Source: an uncultured Nitrososphaerota archaeon
GTDB taxonomy: Archaea > Thermoproteota > Nitrososphaeria > Nitrososphaerales > Gagatemarchaeaceae
Length of the DNA: 64,000 bases
Assembly (NCBI GenBank): GCA_963718895.1
Contig: CAVRAG010000004.1
Location: 64,001-128,000 of the forward strand
Direction: 5' to 3'
The notes beneath the pieces were generated by a model, which ran no database searches, had not been told where the DNA came from, and was given only the letters and a program-made list of their open reading frames with translations. Both the position numbers and the translations under genes were made by a program. Within the stretch, counting starts at the first letter, position 1. Each line of letters starts with the position of its first letter. This document shows positions 9,911 to 20,866 of this stretch, one piece after another.

Positions 9911-10447
9911 TTGGCTCAAACGGCGACGGCGTCCGGGGATGGAACCCTCCTCAACTATCGCGGTGACCCGGGCGTCCGCAACACTCAAATCAAAGCGCCC
10001 ATTCCCGAGCGGGACTTGGTCAGAGGGAAGGGCGTCCAGGGCACCACGCTGACGGCCCGTCAGTGGGAGGTCATCCGGTACAGGGGCCAGGGATTCACCC
10101 AGGCCGAGGTCGCCAAGAAGCTGAAGACCTCCAGGGAGAACGTTAACGAGATCGAGCATCGGGCCCGTCTGAAGATCAACGCGGCGAAGGCCACACTGAC
10201 GGCCCTTCAGGACCCCGACGTGTCGGGAGAGGTGATGATACCCAGCGGCACGTCAATCTTCGAGGCAGTCTCCATGATACTCCTGAGGGCCGACGTCCTC
10301 GGGGTGAAGCTCCAGGGCTCGGGTGACGATGTTCTCGCTGCTATCAGATCAACCTGGGAGGCAAAGATCAGGGGCCACCGCTTGACAACTGCTGCCAAGG
10401 CGCAGGTAGGAGCCGATGGCTATCTGGTAGTCAAGAAGACCCTGTGA
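9911..10447 (+). CDS. Tfx family DNA-binding regulator
   Basis: LTARQWEVIRYRGQGFTQAEVAKKLKTSRENVNEIEHRA HTH plus Tfx C-terminal domain. Confidence 0.85.
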   Translation: MAQTATASGDGTLLNYRGDPGVRNTQIKAPIPERDLVRGKGVQGTTLTARQWEVIRYRGQGFTQAEVAKKLKTSRENVNEIEHRARLKINAAKATLTALQDPDVSGEVMIPSGTSIFEAVSMILLRADVLGVKLQGSGDDVLAAIRSTWEAKIRGHRLTTAAKAQVGADGYLVVKKTL

Positions 10448-10590
10448 AGCGACCCATCGTCTTTGGTTTGCGACCGGCGGGCTGGTGCAAGTCATCCCGC
10501 GCAGCGTCACCGACCGTCCGCTTTGGATGGGTCTCGGTCTGTCGTTGACAGGCGAGTAGCGACTACCCTGCAATAGATGTTGAGGAAGGC

Positions 10591-11049
10591 CTACATCTTC
10601 TGGCCGGCCATCCACTCCTTCTCCTCCTTGTTCGGAGTCAAGGGGTAGCCGACCGCGTAGAGGAACATCCTGGCCGTGGACGGGCCTAGGTGATGGAACC
10701 TCTCCCGCAGGTCCGTCTGCAGCTTCTCCTCGGCCTTCCCGAAGTGGTCCAGGTACTGCTTGAAGGACCCGTACTCCTTGGTTACCTCCAAGAACCGGGC
10801 CGCATTGTAGATCGTAGCTTGAATCTTCTTTTCATTGCGGACGATCCCAGAATCGTTCATCAGTCTCTTCACGTCGCTGCCGGTAAACTTGGCGACCTTT
10901 GCGGGAGAGAAGTTCGAAAAGGCCTCCTCGAACCCGGCCTTCTTGTTCTCCACCACCTTCCAGTTCAGCCCGGCGGAGAACATGTGCGTCGTCATCCTTT
11001 CGAAGTACTCGCGGTCGTCCTTCGGCGGTGTCACCTTCCAGGGAGACAT
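10591..11049 (-). CDS. tag: DNA-3-methyladenine glycosylase I (Tag family)
   Basis: FSAGLNW, GIVRNEKKIQATIYNA, FHHLGPSTA. Confidence 0.85.
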   Translation of the reverse strand: MSPWKVTPPKDDREYFERMTTHMFSAGLNWKVVENKKAGFEEAFSNFSPAKVAKFTGSDVKRLMNDSGIVRNEKKIQATIYNAARFLEVTKEYGSFKQYLDHFGKAEEKLQTDLRERFHHLGPSTARMFLYAVGYPLTPNKEEKEWMAGQKM

Positions 11050-11141
11050 TGGTCTGTCAGGACGAGTTAGTAGTTAATATTCGTTAGACTCTCTGAAGCC
11101 TTTGGAGCATCCGGCCGGAAGTCCGGCATCTGCCCTTCTGT

Positions 11142-12305
11142 TCAATTCTCTATCGCTCTCTCAACTGGGAACAGGCTGGCGAGAAGGCCCGAGTAGGGGG
11201 CGAGGCCGCACTTGTCGCACTGTGGTTGGAGCGCATCCTCGTTCGCGCTGCCCATGCAGCACGGCGTCTTGATGTTGCCCTTGTAGTCCAGCGGCAGGAT
11301 CATCCAGTTGGGGCACTTGTATCCCCAGTTGCCGCGCATGAGCTCGAACTGTGCCTTGGAGTTTATCACGAAGTGCTTGTCTTCCGTGGCGCTGTACTCC
11401 AGGATGCTGTCGATGGTCCTGTTTCTCTCCTCGCCGAAGGGCAGCCACAGGGGGTCGTTGTCGATGAAGGGGGTGTGGAACTGGATGCTTATCCTCCCTG
11501 CGATATCGTCCCACTCGTGCAGGACGTCGATTATCGTCTTGTAGTTCAGGGTGTTCAGGGTCATGTTGATGGCGACGCTACCACCCGACCCGACGAAGTC
11601 CTGCACGTTCTTCTTTATCCTCGCGTAGGTGTTCGGGCCGCGGATGCGATTGTGGGTCTCTTCGGTCCCGTCGATGGACACGAAGTAGAAACCGTTGATG
11701 TCCATCATCGGGAACATGCCGTTCGTGACCACGCTGATCCGGTTCTTCAGCTCCTCCGAGAAGACCTCGATGACGTCCTTCCTCAGCATCGGCTCGCCGC
11801 CGACGACCGTCACGTTGGCTATCTTCATCTTCTTGTAGGAGTTCTGGATGACGGTCCTCCACTGCTCCGGGGTCAGCTCCCCCGCCGTCGGCTCTCTGTT
11901 GGTCCACCAGTAACAATGGACGCACCTTAGATTGCAGACGTTGACTATGTCGGCTGAGCCGAAGAGCGGGGTCTTGGTGCCTTCCCTCATCTTCCCGTAC
12001 CAGTGGAGGAGGTCGCTGGCCCTGTTGTCCCTCAGGAAGTTGTTGAAGGACCTCAGATAGTCCGCGGGCGTCGGGTCCTTGGCAAGCGCAGGGAGCATCT
12101 TGACGAGGTTCGGGAGGTTGGCCACGTCCTTGTAGGCCGTCTTCACCTTCTGCACCGAGGATGTCTTCTTTATCTTCAGTTCGATGTAGTCGTCACTCTG
12201 TCTGAGCCGGCCGCCCGAGATCTTCTCAACGAACCGTTGCGCAAACTCGTCTTCGGACCAACCAAAATATTCGCGCTGAAAAAGGTCGGCAGACTCCACA
12301 GTCAC
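11142..12305 (-). CDS. radical SAM protein with Cys-rich C-terminal domain
   Basis: CNLRCVHC, GGEP, TNG, SIDG; C-terminal CPNW...PCCMG...CDKC. Confidence 0.85.
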   Translation of the reverse strand: MTVESADLFQREYFGWSEDEFAQRFVEKISGGRLRQSDDYIELKIKKTSSVQKVKTAYKDVANLPNLVKMLPALAKDPTPADYLRSFNNFLRDNRASDLLHWYGKMREGTKTPLFGSADIVNVCNLRCVHCYWWTNREPTAGELTPEQWRTVIQNSYKKMKIANVTVVGGEPMLRKDVIEVFSEELKNRISVVTNGMFPMMDINGFYFVSIDGTEETHNRIRGPNTYARIKKNVQDFVGSGGSVAINMTLNTLNYKTIIDVLHEWDDIAGRISIQFHTPFIDNDPLWLPFGEERNRTIDSILEYSATEDKHFVINSKAQFELMRGNWGYKCPNWMILPLDYKGNIKTPCCMGSANEDALQPQCDKCGLAPYSGLLASLFPVERAIEN

Positions 12306-12490
12306 TCTATAAACAGAACAACGTGTGAGAAGCCTCCTTTTCTACCTTCGCCTTTCGTCGGTTAACGAACGATGGGGCCCCGGATTAGTCGCTAATGGGA
12401 AAAGGCATGGAGGAAAGCCAGGAAGGAGACGAGCTGTATCGACCCCGCGAACTCGTTAAATGACGTTGGGTAAGCAGTCGGGGCCTGCGA

Positions 12491-14350
12491 ATGACCCCGG
12501 TGCGGAAGCGCCTCCAACCGCTGAACCGACTGATGGAGCGCAGCTACCTAGGTAAGTGGACCGTAGTCGGCGGGCTCATAGGGGTCGTCGCGGGCCTCGG
12601 CGCCACCGCCTTCTACTTCGGAATCCAGGTTGTCACCAACCTTATGCTCGGCGGGATAACGGGCTTCTTTCCCCCGAATCCGGCCGGAGAGATCCAGTCG
12701 GCAACGACTGTCCACCCGAACTTCATCCTCGTGCCGGTGGCAACCGTCATAGGCGCTCTCATCGCAGGTATCGTCATCTTTTCACTGGCCCCTGAAGCCC
12801 AAGGCCATGGCACAGACGAGGCTATAGCGGCCTTTCACACGGGCGACGGCAAGATCAGACGCCGCGTCCCCTTCGTGAAGGCGGTCGCGTCGGTATTCAC
12901 TCTGGGCTCCGGCGGGAGCGGAGGCAGGGAGGGCCCGACGGCCCAGATCGGGGCGGGGTTCGGCTCTTTCATTGCCGATGCCTTGGGTCTCTCCGTGAGG
13001 GACAGAAGGTTGGCAGTGGCGGTAGGTCTGGGGGCTGGAATAGGAGCCATCTTCAAGGCTCCCTTCGCGGGCGCGATACTGAGCGGCGAGATACTGTACA
13101 GCGGCGGAGACTTCGAGGTCGAGGCGCTCGTGCCCGCCTTCATCGCCGCTCCCGCGGGATACCTGATCTTCGCATCGATAACAGGCTTCACGCCAATCTT
13201 CGGGAACTCGGTGTCCTCCTTTGCCTTCACCAATCTCACTACTATCCCGGTCTACATCGCCTTGGGGCTGGCCTGCGGGTTCGCGGGGAAGCTCTACTCG
13301 ACAGCCTTCTACTCGGTGAAGCGGTTCTTCAGCTCGCTCTCGACGCCGCGATACCTCCGGCCGATGCTCGGGGCGGCCGTGACGGGGGTCATCGGCATCT
13401 TCTTCCCGCAGGTCCTCGGGCTCGGATACGGCTTCCTGCAGTACCTGATCAACGGCGACCTCTCCGCGATAGCTCCAAACTTCTTCAGCCTGCCGCTCAT
13501 ATTGACTCTGCTCTTAGTCGTCTTCCTCAAGGTCGTCGCTACGTCATTCACGGTCGGCTCGGGCGGAAGCGCCGGGGTCTTCGCTCCCTCCCTAGTCATC
13601 GGCGGCTTCCTCGGCGCCGTCTTCTGGGTAGCGGTCAACTCAGCGTTCCCCGGCTGGATACCAGTCCCAGCTCCGCTGGTAATCGTAGGGATGATGGCGC
13701 TGTTCGGAGGGGCGGGAAGGGCCCCTATTGCGGTCATGCTCATGGTCAGCGAGATGACGGGCTCGCTCTCGCTGCTCGTCCCAGCAGTATTCGCCGTCCT
13801 GGTGGCCTACTTCGTGGTCGGACCGAAGCACACCATCTACAGGAGTCAGGTGCCCAGGAGGTCCGACTCGCCTGCGCACCTCGGTGAGTACAGCACGCCG
13901 CTGCTGATGAAGATGCGCGTCGCGGACGCGATGAACGCGGCAGTCTTCTCGGTCGCCCCCGAAGAGAGCGTGGACAGCGCTTTCCGGGCCATACTCGACA
14001 AGCACTACACTGGCGTCCCGGTCGTCGGGCCGTCAGGACAAGTCGTGGGGATAGTCACGATCACCGACCTTCGCGGCGTGCCCGCCGAAAAGAGAGGCTC
14101 GACCCCTGTGGAAGGCGTGATGACGAAGAACGTCGTGGTCGTAAGCTCCGACGAGAGCCTGCTGGACGCCCTGAACAAGATCGTAGCGAACAACGTAGGT
14201 CAGCTCCCTGTCGTCGAGAGGAGTTCGGGCGCGCTCGTCGGAATAATCACGGTGACGGACGCGATTCGGGCGTACGACAGGGTCGTGAAAGGAATATCGG
14301 ATACAAATGCACCGGAGTCCGTGGACACAGAGGGTGACGCGACTACATAG
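12491..14350 (+). CDS. CLC (EriC-type) chloride channel/antiporter with tandem CBS domains
   Basis: GHGTD, GSGGREGP, GGSAGVFAP; two C-terminal CBS repeats. Confidence 0.92.
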   Translation: MTPVRKRLQPLNRLMERSYLGKWTVVGGLIGVVAGLGATAFYFGIQVVTNLMLGGITGFFPPNPAGEIQSATTVHPNFILVPVATVIGALIAGIVIFSLAPEAQGHGTDEAIAAFHTGDGKIRRRVPFVKAVASVFTLGSGGSGGREGPTAQIGAGFGSFIADALGLSVRDRRLAVAVGLGAGIGAIFKAPFAGAILSGEILYSGGDFEVEALVPAFIAAPAGYLIFASITGFTPIFGNSVSSFAFTNLTTIPVYIALGLACGFAGKLYSTAFYSVKRFFSSLSTPRYLRPMLGAAVTGVIGIFFPQVLGLGYGFLQYLINGDLSAIAPNFFSLPLILTLLLVVFLKVVATSFTVGSGGSAGVFAPSLVIGGFLGAVFWVAVNSAFPGWIPVPAPLVIVGMMALFGGAGRAPIAVMLMVSEMTGSLSLLVPAVFAVLVAYFVVGPKHTIYRSQVPRRSDSPAHLGEYSTPLLMKMRVADAMNAAVFSVAPEESVDSAFRAILDKHYTGVPVVGPSGQVVGIVTITDLRGVPAEKRGSTPVEGVMTKNVVVVSSDESLLDALNKIVANNVGQLPVVERSSGALVGIITVTDAIRAYDRVVKGISDTNAPESVDTEGDATT

Positions 14351-14398
14351 CGCTGGCCTCGGCAGGCAGACGGGGCCCATTCTGGGTTGTTGTGAACT

Positions 14399-14415
14399 GT
14401 GGGCCGGAAGGGACC
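14399..14415 (-). repeat. 17-bp direct repeat copy 1 (tRNA 3'-end-like att remnant)
   Basis: gtgggccggaagggacc is identical at 14399-14415 and 17507-17523. Confidence 0.7.
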
Positions 14416-14886
14416 TACTCCTTGCGAGGGGTGGGCCCGTAACCCGAAGCTACAGGGGTTCGAACCGCGGTCGGTTTTCGAACCTTCTTGTCATAGCACT
14501 CATCATGATCATTCGATATTTATGCCCCACGGAGTGAGATGAAAGGCCTACCCGAACATCGCCTCGAGTCAGGTCATGCCTGATTAATCAATTCAGATGC
14601 TGAAGGATGAGCTAGCGAAAGGGCACTCTGGTCTCGTCAGGACATATTTCGATGAGAGGATTGAGACTCTCAGCGAGACCAAAGGTGCGGCGATACGCTG
14701 AAGCCATTCGCAGGCAGGCTTCCACAATTCACGTGGGGCGGCTCGCAAGGTGGCTGACGTTGACGAGCGGTTGGCGGATACTGTGACCGCCGGTCGTGAT
14801 GCGACCATATCGGAGGCGTTCAAGATGAACTACCCATAAGGCGAAAAGTGAAAAGTCGAGTTCGCAGCTGTGGGAGCTGGTAGCTT

Positions 14887-16225
14887 CTATCGTAAGGCGG
14901 TATTCCTTGTCATACGATGCCTGACTACAAGGTAGGATGTTATCAAGAGGAGGGTGAAGACTGTCGCCGCTGCCAATTGATAGGGGAACACTGGGATTCC
15001 TCCACCTGATGCTGTGGTTGAAGAAGAAGAGGAGGAACTGGACGTTGTGGCATAGACTTCACTACCGTACACCACAACCCTGCCGTGGTCATAGTCAGCG
15101 ACCCACAGGTTGTTGTTGGCGTCGAACACGAGGCCCTGAGGGTCGCGCAGCTTGTCGCCGGCAGACGTGCTGCTGGTCGTGATGGCCTTTGGGCCTATCA
15201 CCTGAATCCCCGCTTCGCCCGTGGACATCGGAGCCAAGTACTCCGCGACGCCGTTGATCCCGTCTGAGATCCAAAGATTGCCGCTCGAGTCGAACGCGAT
15301 GGCGTAAGCATTCAGTAGAGCAGACGTCCCCGTCAAGCTCGACTGGCCGAGGACGAGCGCCGCCGGCGCAACGCCGCAGATGAACCCAGTTGGGCACGGG
15401 GGAGTGCCCGGGACATATTCGAGGACCCGGTAGTTACCGCTGTCGACGACCCACAGGTTTCCCATCGAGTCGAACGCTAACCCGACAGGCTCGAACAGAC
15501 CGTTCGCGCCAGATGCTGGGGCTGACGAAGTGAAGTCTGCTTGGCCGATGACCACCAATGCTTTCTCGCCGGTGGAGAACGGGGTGGCGAACTCCAAGAC
15601 CCTGTTGTTGCCTTGGTCGGACACCCAGAGATTCCCCCTCGGGTCGAAGGCCAGGTAGGAAGGGGCTTGCAGCCCCCCTGATGTAGTCTGCCCGATGTAG
15701 CCGCCGAAGGTGGGCTGCCCGATGACGAGGGAAGCTAATTCCCCGTTGGAGAATGGGGCCCTAAATTCGAGCACCCTGTTATTACCGGTGTCGACCACCC
15801 AGAGGTTGCCGCCCGCGTCGAAGGCGAGGCCCGTGGGGCCGAATAGCCCGCCCGATGGCGAGCTGTCTGATGTTCCGGTGAGGCTAGTCTGGCCGATGAC
15901 CAACATCGCGGCTTCGCCGGTCGAGAAGGGAGGCGCATACTCCAAGACCCGATTGTTGCTCGTGTCCACGACCCAGAGGTTTCCTTTCGAGTCGAAGGCG
16001 ACTGCAGTGGGGTTACCAATCGTGGTAGGACTTGAGGGTTGGCCCGCGGTCAGGGTAGTAAAGTCCGGCTGCCCGATGACGATGCATATGCCCCCGTAGG
16101 GGGGTAAACCTGGAGGACATACAAGGGCTCCAGAGGCATGAGCTGGCGGGGCGGTCAGTATCGCAGTCAAGGGAACGATGACTGAGAAGCCCGATCAGGA
16201 TAACCGCGCGACCTCGAAGTTTCAA
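14887..16225 (-). CDS. secreted NHL-repeat beta-propeller with Ser/Thr linker and PEF-CTERM-like anchor
   Basis: Six AFDxxGNLWVxD repeats; C-terminal GGGIPVFP-TM-RHR; signal peptide split by a frameshift near 16185; start approximate. Confidence 0.85.
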
Positions 16226-17149
16226 TAGAGGGTTCTCATTTAGGAGTAGCACACCCGCTTACCTATAAGCGTCCCCCGTGTCTGTCCCTCCAATTCGCGA
16301 CTCCATAATCATGCGGCGACTATCACAAAGAGTCGTCGACCTATCTGTTTCGGGAATCATACATCCATCAAACATGGCTAAGCGCGTGCCGAAATTCCAG
16401 GCGAAGACGCAATGAACCCTAGCAGGCGTAACATCACCATCGTCTTGAAAAATGACTGGAGGGTCCCCGACTGTTTCATCGACTACGTCGGCTGATAGAT
16501 ACACGCGTCGTCTTGTGGGGCTCTACGCTACACGCTAAGCCTGGCCACCAGGCCGGCATTTCTCAGACCGAAGTCTTAAATCGAGCACTCACTTCGCCTG
16601 AGCGTCGGTCGCCGGATTCATTGCTATCCTTTGCGGGTCTTCGATTGGTGATTTCCGCTCTACACGTTTTTCTTGCAGGGTGGGGTCGTCGGAAGTCCTA
16701 GCCCGTTGCGCACCTGGTTCAACCGTTCCCACTGCGCACAAGGGGGATCAATTGCGAAAAGAGCTCCTGACCGGGACCTGTCATCCGAGGTAGGCTCACA
16801 ACAATCAGAAATGCGAGTCTCAAATCTACCATATTCGGGGGTTCAGTCCGTTCCCTAAGGGTTGTCGCTTTTTCAGAGGCACCCTTTCCATTACTCCCGA
16901 ATTTGGAGGGGGCGTGGACATGAAGAGTCCGAACATCCACCAGATGGATTGAGAAGCTCTACTCTAGCTTGATTCGATAGCCCGGCTAAGATCGGTACCA
17001 AGCAGGGTTCGAATCCATTCCGATGAAGTGATTCGACCCGCCGATAATTGACGAATTAGCACTCGTTCAGCCCTCATTTGACCAGGTGAACTCGGTCGAG
17101 CGTGGGGAGTTGGCGCGAGAGGGCAGGCTGGGAAGGACAGTGATACTGC

Positions 17150-17460
17150 ATAATGGAATGGCCCTTACAGAACAGCGAGCGGCTCCCTGATGGCGAGTGG
17201 CATTCTGTACAGTATCCTGTACAATATCGGCTTGGCTGCGCCGTCCCATTCGCCGCTCGGCTGCCTTCTGCCGTCAGCCTTCAGATACCCTACATCGCCA
17301 ACCACGGCCTCCTTTACGGGGTCGCATACATTTCAATCGCAATCTCCACACTTCTTTACGTCCCTCCCTAATCGGGCTTTACTTGCTCATCGCGACAAAC
17401 GGGACATACTCCGTGATAGGAGTGGGATCGGGCGCAGTAGGGATATCCTGCGGGCTATGG
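17150..17460 (+). pseudogene. fragmented membrane-protein remnant
   Basis: Hydrophobic segments spread over three frames (ASGILYSILY / YGVAYISIAISTLLY / LIGLYLLIA). Confidence 0.35.
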
Positions 17461-17506
17461 GACCCCCTGTTTGGAGAAAAGACGGGGGACCCACCCCTTG
17501 AAAGCA

Positions 17507-17543
17507 GTGGGCCGGAAGGGACCCGAACCCCCCGACCTCAGTT
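17507..17543 (-). repeat. tRNA 3'-half-like fragment, direct repeat copy 2
   Basis: Minus strand ACTGAGGTCGGGGGGTTCGGGTCCCTTCCGGCCCAC resembles a variable loop, T-arm and acceptor 3' strand; no valid 5' half. Confidence 0.6.
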
Positions 17544-17580
17544 TGTTTTGGATAGGTGTACGAAAAGGGCCAGGTGCACC

Positions 17581-17599
17581 CTACATACCGAAGTATAGG
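17581..17599 (-). repeat. possible degenerate glnA-3' att copy (reads LYFGM*)
   Basis: ctacataccgaagtatagg matches 36041-36059 at 16/19; also folds as a C(UUCG)G hairpin. Confidence 0.45.
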
Positions 17600-17726
17600 G
17601 TTGTCAACTGACACAACTAGCTTCTCTGTACGAACGACAACCCATATTTCGTTGGCGAACAGGGCGTTCCAAGGCTTGAGCGCACCCGACAAGCTCCACT
17701 GACGCCGATACCGGAGTGCTAGACAG

Positions 17727-18338
17727 GTGGTAATCACCCGGGATCGGAGCTCTGCCAAGGCGGCGACCGCTCAGGGCTTGCTCGCAATCGAGGCCCCCAC
17801 GACGAGGTCCTTCGAGGCCCTCAACAAGGTGAGGGTGGATAGGGCGTCGACCCTGATTTGCTGCCTCGACGACGATGCAGACAACCTCCTTGTGGCCATG
17901 AACGCGAGGAAGCTGAATAGTGACCTGAGAATACTTATGGTCGTCAACGACAGGGAGATTGCGGAGTCAGCGGCTGCCTCCGACATCGACGTCGTGATAC
18001 CGCTCATGGACGTGACGGCCAGGGCACTCGCGTTCTCCGCCGTGGCTGAGGAGGTCGTAGGAATCCTCCTCCCGGACGCGAAGGAAGCTGAGGTCCTGCG
18101 GAAGGTGCCGTATGTGTTGGAGTTCTCCATCGACCAGGAAGGAGGCGCTGGGGCGACCTTCGGCGCCCTTGACAAGGTCTCCCCCATCCTGATGGTCGTA
18201 AGGGACGGCAGGTCAATTCCCAACCCTGCGGATGATTTTCAATTCGCGAGGGGAGACTCGATGCTAGTTCTCGGAGGCTCGCCCTCGTCGATACAGAGTT
18301 TCAAGCAGGCGCTCTCGTCGGCGGAAAGCAAAGCCTGA
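17727..18338 (+). pseudogene. N-terminally truncated TrkA-N/TrkA-C (K+ channel RCK) protein
   Basis: DDDADNLLVAMNARKLN and PNPADDFQFARGD; lacks the GxGxxG start and any channel domain. Confidence 0.65.
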
Positions 18339-18349
18339 GTTGCGGTGCA

Positions 18350-18659
18350 GAACGTCTTTCGCAGATCTCGACTTCGGACCGAATGAGCCCTTCTTCGCAC
18401 CCTTGATTCTGTCATCGACGAACGCGATCTGTCCCTGCAAGAGTCCCTTGGAGCCGTTAAGCACCTCGGTTGCTCGCGGCTCGTCCTCTTCTCGACCGAC
18501 TTCACCGCGTTCGATGGTGCCTGCCCGGCTTCGTCGAACGATTGGTCCAAAGCGTGCTCGACCTTCGGGGTTCTCTTGGAGAGTCCGTCTGCAGCGACTT
18601 TTTTCTGCTCTCGATGAACTCCTCCGCACTCTTGACGGTGTCTCTTACGCAGCACTCAT
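18350..18659 (-). pseudogene. degenerate small helical protein
   Basis: Coding-like pieces in several frames (TVKSAEEFIE / PKVEHALDQSFDEAG / GLLQGQIAFVDDRIK). Confidence 0.3.
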
Positions 18660-18892
18660 ACCAAGTTGGACCGTTTCTGTTTAACGAGTTCTACCCATCT
18701 CAACGACTCCGCTGCCAGGGCAGTCTATGACAGATTGCGTCCGTGGGCAAAGGATGCAACGAGACTGGTCCGCCTTTCAGGAGGGAAGTGCCGAGATGGC
18801 TGGACGGCTCTGGTGCCGCTGTGGGTGCGTACTCGCTTCGCCCTCAAGTCGCAGTACTCATCTTCAAGTCCCTTCGACCTAGCAGGTCGCTT

Positions 18893-20866
18893 TCAGGAGG
18901 TCGCCTGCCGGTCTGGGTTCTTCTTGCTCCGCCTTATTCCTACGACCAGGACCGCCGCGACCAGCCCGAGACCCGCAATCCCCGCGGGCCCCGCTTTGGA
19001 ATAAACCGAGGTGGCCAGGTGCTCGGCGACGCTCACGAAGTCACTCAGGGAGGCGACGACCGGCTGCACATACCGGTCCACCACATGGATTCCATCAGAG
19101 AGCGAGGCGGCCGCTGGCGCAATGTACTGGTCAATCGCCTTGACCGCGTCAGAGAGCGTCGCGACAGCCGGAGCGACATAGGTGTCACCTACATGAACGG
19201 AGTCGGTCAGGGGGGCGTTCACCGGGGTCGTGATTGCGGCTCCAGCATTCACACTATCTTGAAGGGCGGCGGTCACTGTCGCGCCCTGGGGATAGACGGT
19301 GAGCGTGAAGACACCCGCGCACGGCGATGAAAGGGTTGGGAAGCACGACACCCCGCTCTCCAGAAACGCCTCTCCGACGATTATCGAGTAGACCCCTGGC
19401 GGAACAGAGGCTGCTACCGTCATCGTAGCTACGTAGGACCCGGACGGCGGGGAGCCGGACTCCACGAAGGGCACGAATGATAACGAAATCCCCTCTACAT
19501 TAGGAGAGACCGCGTAGGCGTAGACGAGATATGAGGGGGCATCTCCGAGGATTGTCGCGGTCACTGCGACAGGCAGGACGGTGCTGACTCCTGCAGGGAG
19601 AGACCCCGCCGCGGGCGTCAGGGAGACCGACTCCACGACGTCTGAACTCGGCTCGACGATGAGCTGGTAGGTGGGGCGGACGCAGATGCCGGAGCAGTCC
19701 GTTCCCGCTTGCATAAGCGCGTCATCCGCTGTGATCGTGTAGATTCCGGCTGGGGCTGCTGGTGTCACGTTGACGGTCATCGTGAAGTAAACGTAGAACG
19801 GAGGTCCCGGCTCATATCCAGGGAAGAAGGAGATGGAGATGCCCGCCGGGTCTCCACTTATGGTGGCCGAGGGATTCTCCCTGTCGGGAGAGTTCCCGGT
19901 GATTGTGGGGATCGAGCGTCGAGTATAGGTTCCCGCCGATGCCTCCGGTGACCGAGCCCGAGGGTCGCGGTAAGGGTCAGGCTCGTCACTACGTCGCCAG
20001 GCTGAGGAGGTGGCGCGGTGGTGGAGGTGGAACTCGACGTGGTGGATGTTACCTGAGTGCTCGTAGTCGAGGTAGTCGAGGTAGTCGTTGATGTTGTTGA
20101 GGAAGTCGAGCCTGAAGGTGCGAGCGCTAGTCCCATTTCTATCCAGGGGTAGGCGCTCGAAAGCAAGGTAAAGGGAAAGTCTGTCGGCGAGGACACACCG
20201 CTCGTGGCGTATTCGGCGTTACCCCCATCCATACCACCGCTTGACCCGGGAGAAAGGGCAAAGTTAGCACCTGCAGTCGTAGAAATCACGCTCTGACGGG
20301 TATAGTCAGTACCTGCAACCAAACTAACAAGGAAAGCACCGCTCTGAAATGATGCGGATTCTGTAGATGCGGGGCATGGAGGGCTGTAACAATCACCGCC
20401 TGCGGCTTTATAGACAGCCCCGACAGTAGTAACTCCAGATACTTCGTAGATGTAGACCCCACCTTGTGTGGCACCGGCGAAGGTCACGAAGATAGAATCT
20501 GATCCACTCGAAGAAAGCGTCGCATGATAGAAGAATACGTCAATGGGACTATCGGACCCTTCTGCCACAAGCGTGAATGTTGATCCAAATGTGTCGCCAA
20601 CTGAACCTACCGTACCAGAATAAACTGCGATCGCGACTACAACCACATCTCCCGCCGCTACTGAACTTGGGAACGAAATCGGGGATGGAGAGCAAGATGT
20701 GGTCGCGCAGCCACCGTTGTTCTGCTGGACCAGGGAGGAGTCCGCCCTGGCCAGAGGGACACTTGCCTAGCACAGAGACGAGAAAGATCAAAAAGACCGC
20801 CAGGACCGCGAGTGCGATTGGCCGGAGACCCATGGGTCTTCGCAGCACAGTCGAGCGTGTCATCAT
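18893..20866 (-). CDS. large secreted, C-terminally anchored surface protein with Ig-like domains and 18-aa LxD repeats (frameshifted)
   Basis: Signal peptide (20549-20866 ORF), 19858-20646 ORF and 18893-19780 ORF join across shifts near 20760, 19965 and 19910; Ser/Thr linker; C-terminal TM plus RRSKK. Confidence 0.7.
19007..19276 (-). repeat. five tandem 18-aa (54-nt) repeats
   Basis: VTAALQDSVNAGAAITTP / VNAPLTDSVHVGDTYVAP / AVATLSDAVKAIDQYIAP / AAASLSDGIHVVDRYVQP / VVASLSDFVSVAEHLATS. Confidence 0.8.

Noticed and set aside
7808-10159. Long alternative ORFs (783 aa here; also 116-1075, 41846-43186, 44271-45653, 46695-48098)
   Set aside because: Arg/Gly/Pro-rich shadow frames of real high-GC genes, with no motifs.
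10574-10588. Possible outermost glnA att copy (tagatgttgaggaag)
   Set aside because: Only about 12/16 identity and the YFDI coding sense is lost; indistinguishable from chance.
14597-14839. Short plus-strand coding-like stretch (MLKDELAKG...) with an internal stop
   Set aside because: No recognisable family; too weak to call.
17005-17039. GGGTTCGAATCC T-loop-like motif
   Set aside because: No cloverleaf around it; it is one arm of a local inverted repeat.
17507-17645. Intron-containing tRNA-Val(GAC) on the minus strand (TCAGTT-GAC-A...ACTGAG)
   Set aside because: The putative 5' half lacks U8, the D-loop GG and proper length, and no bulge-helix-bulge forms; only the 3' fragment is supportable.
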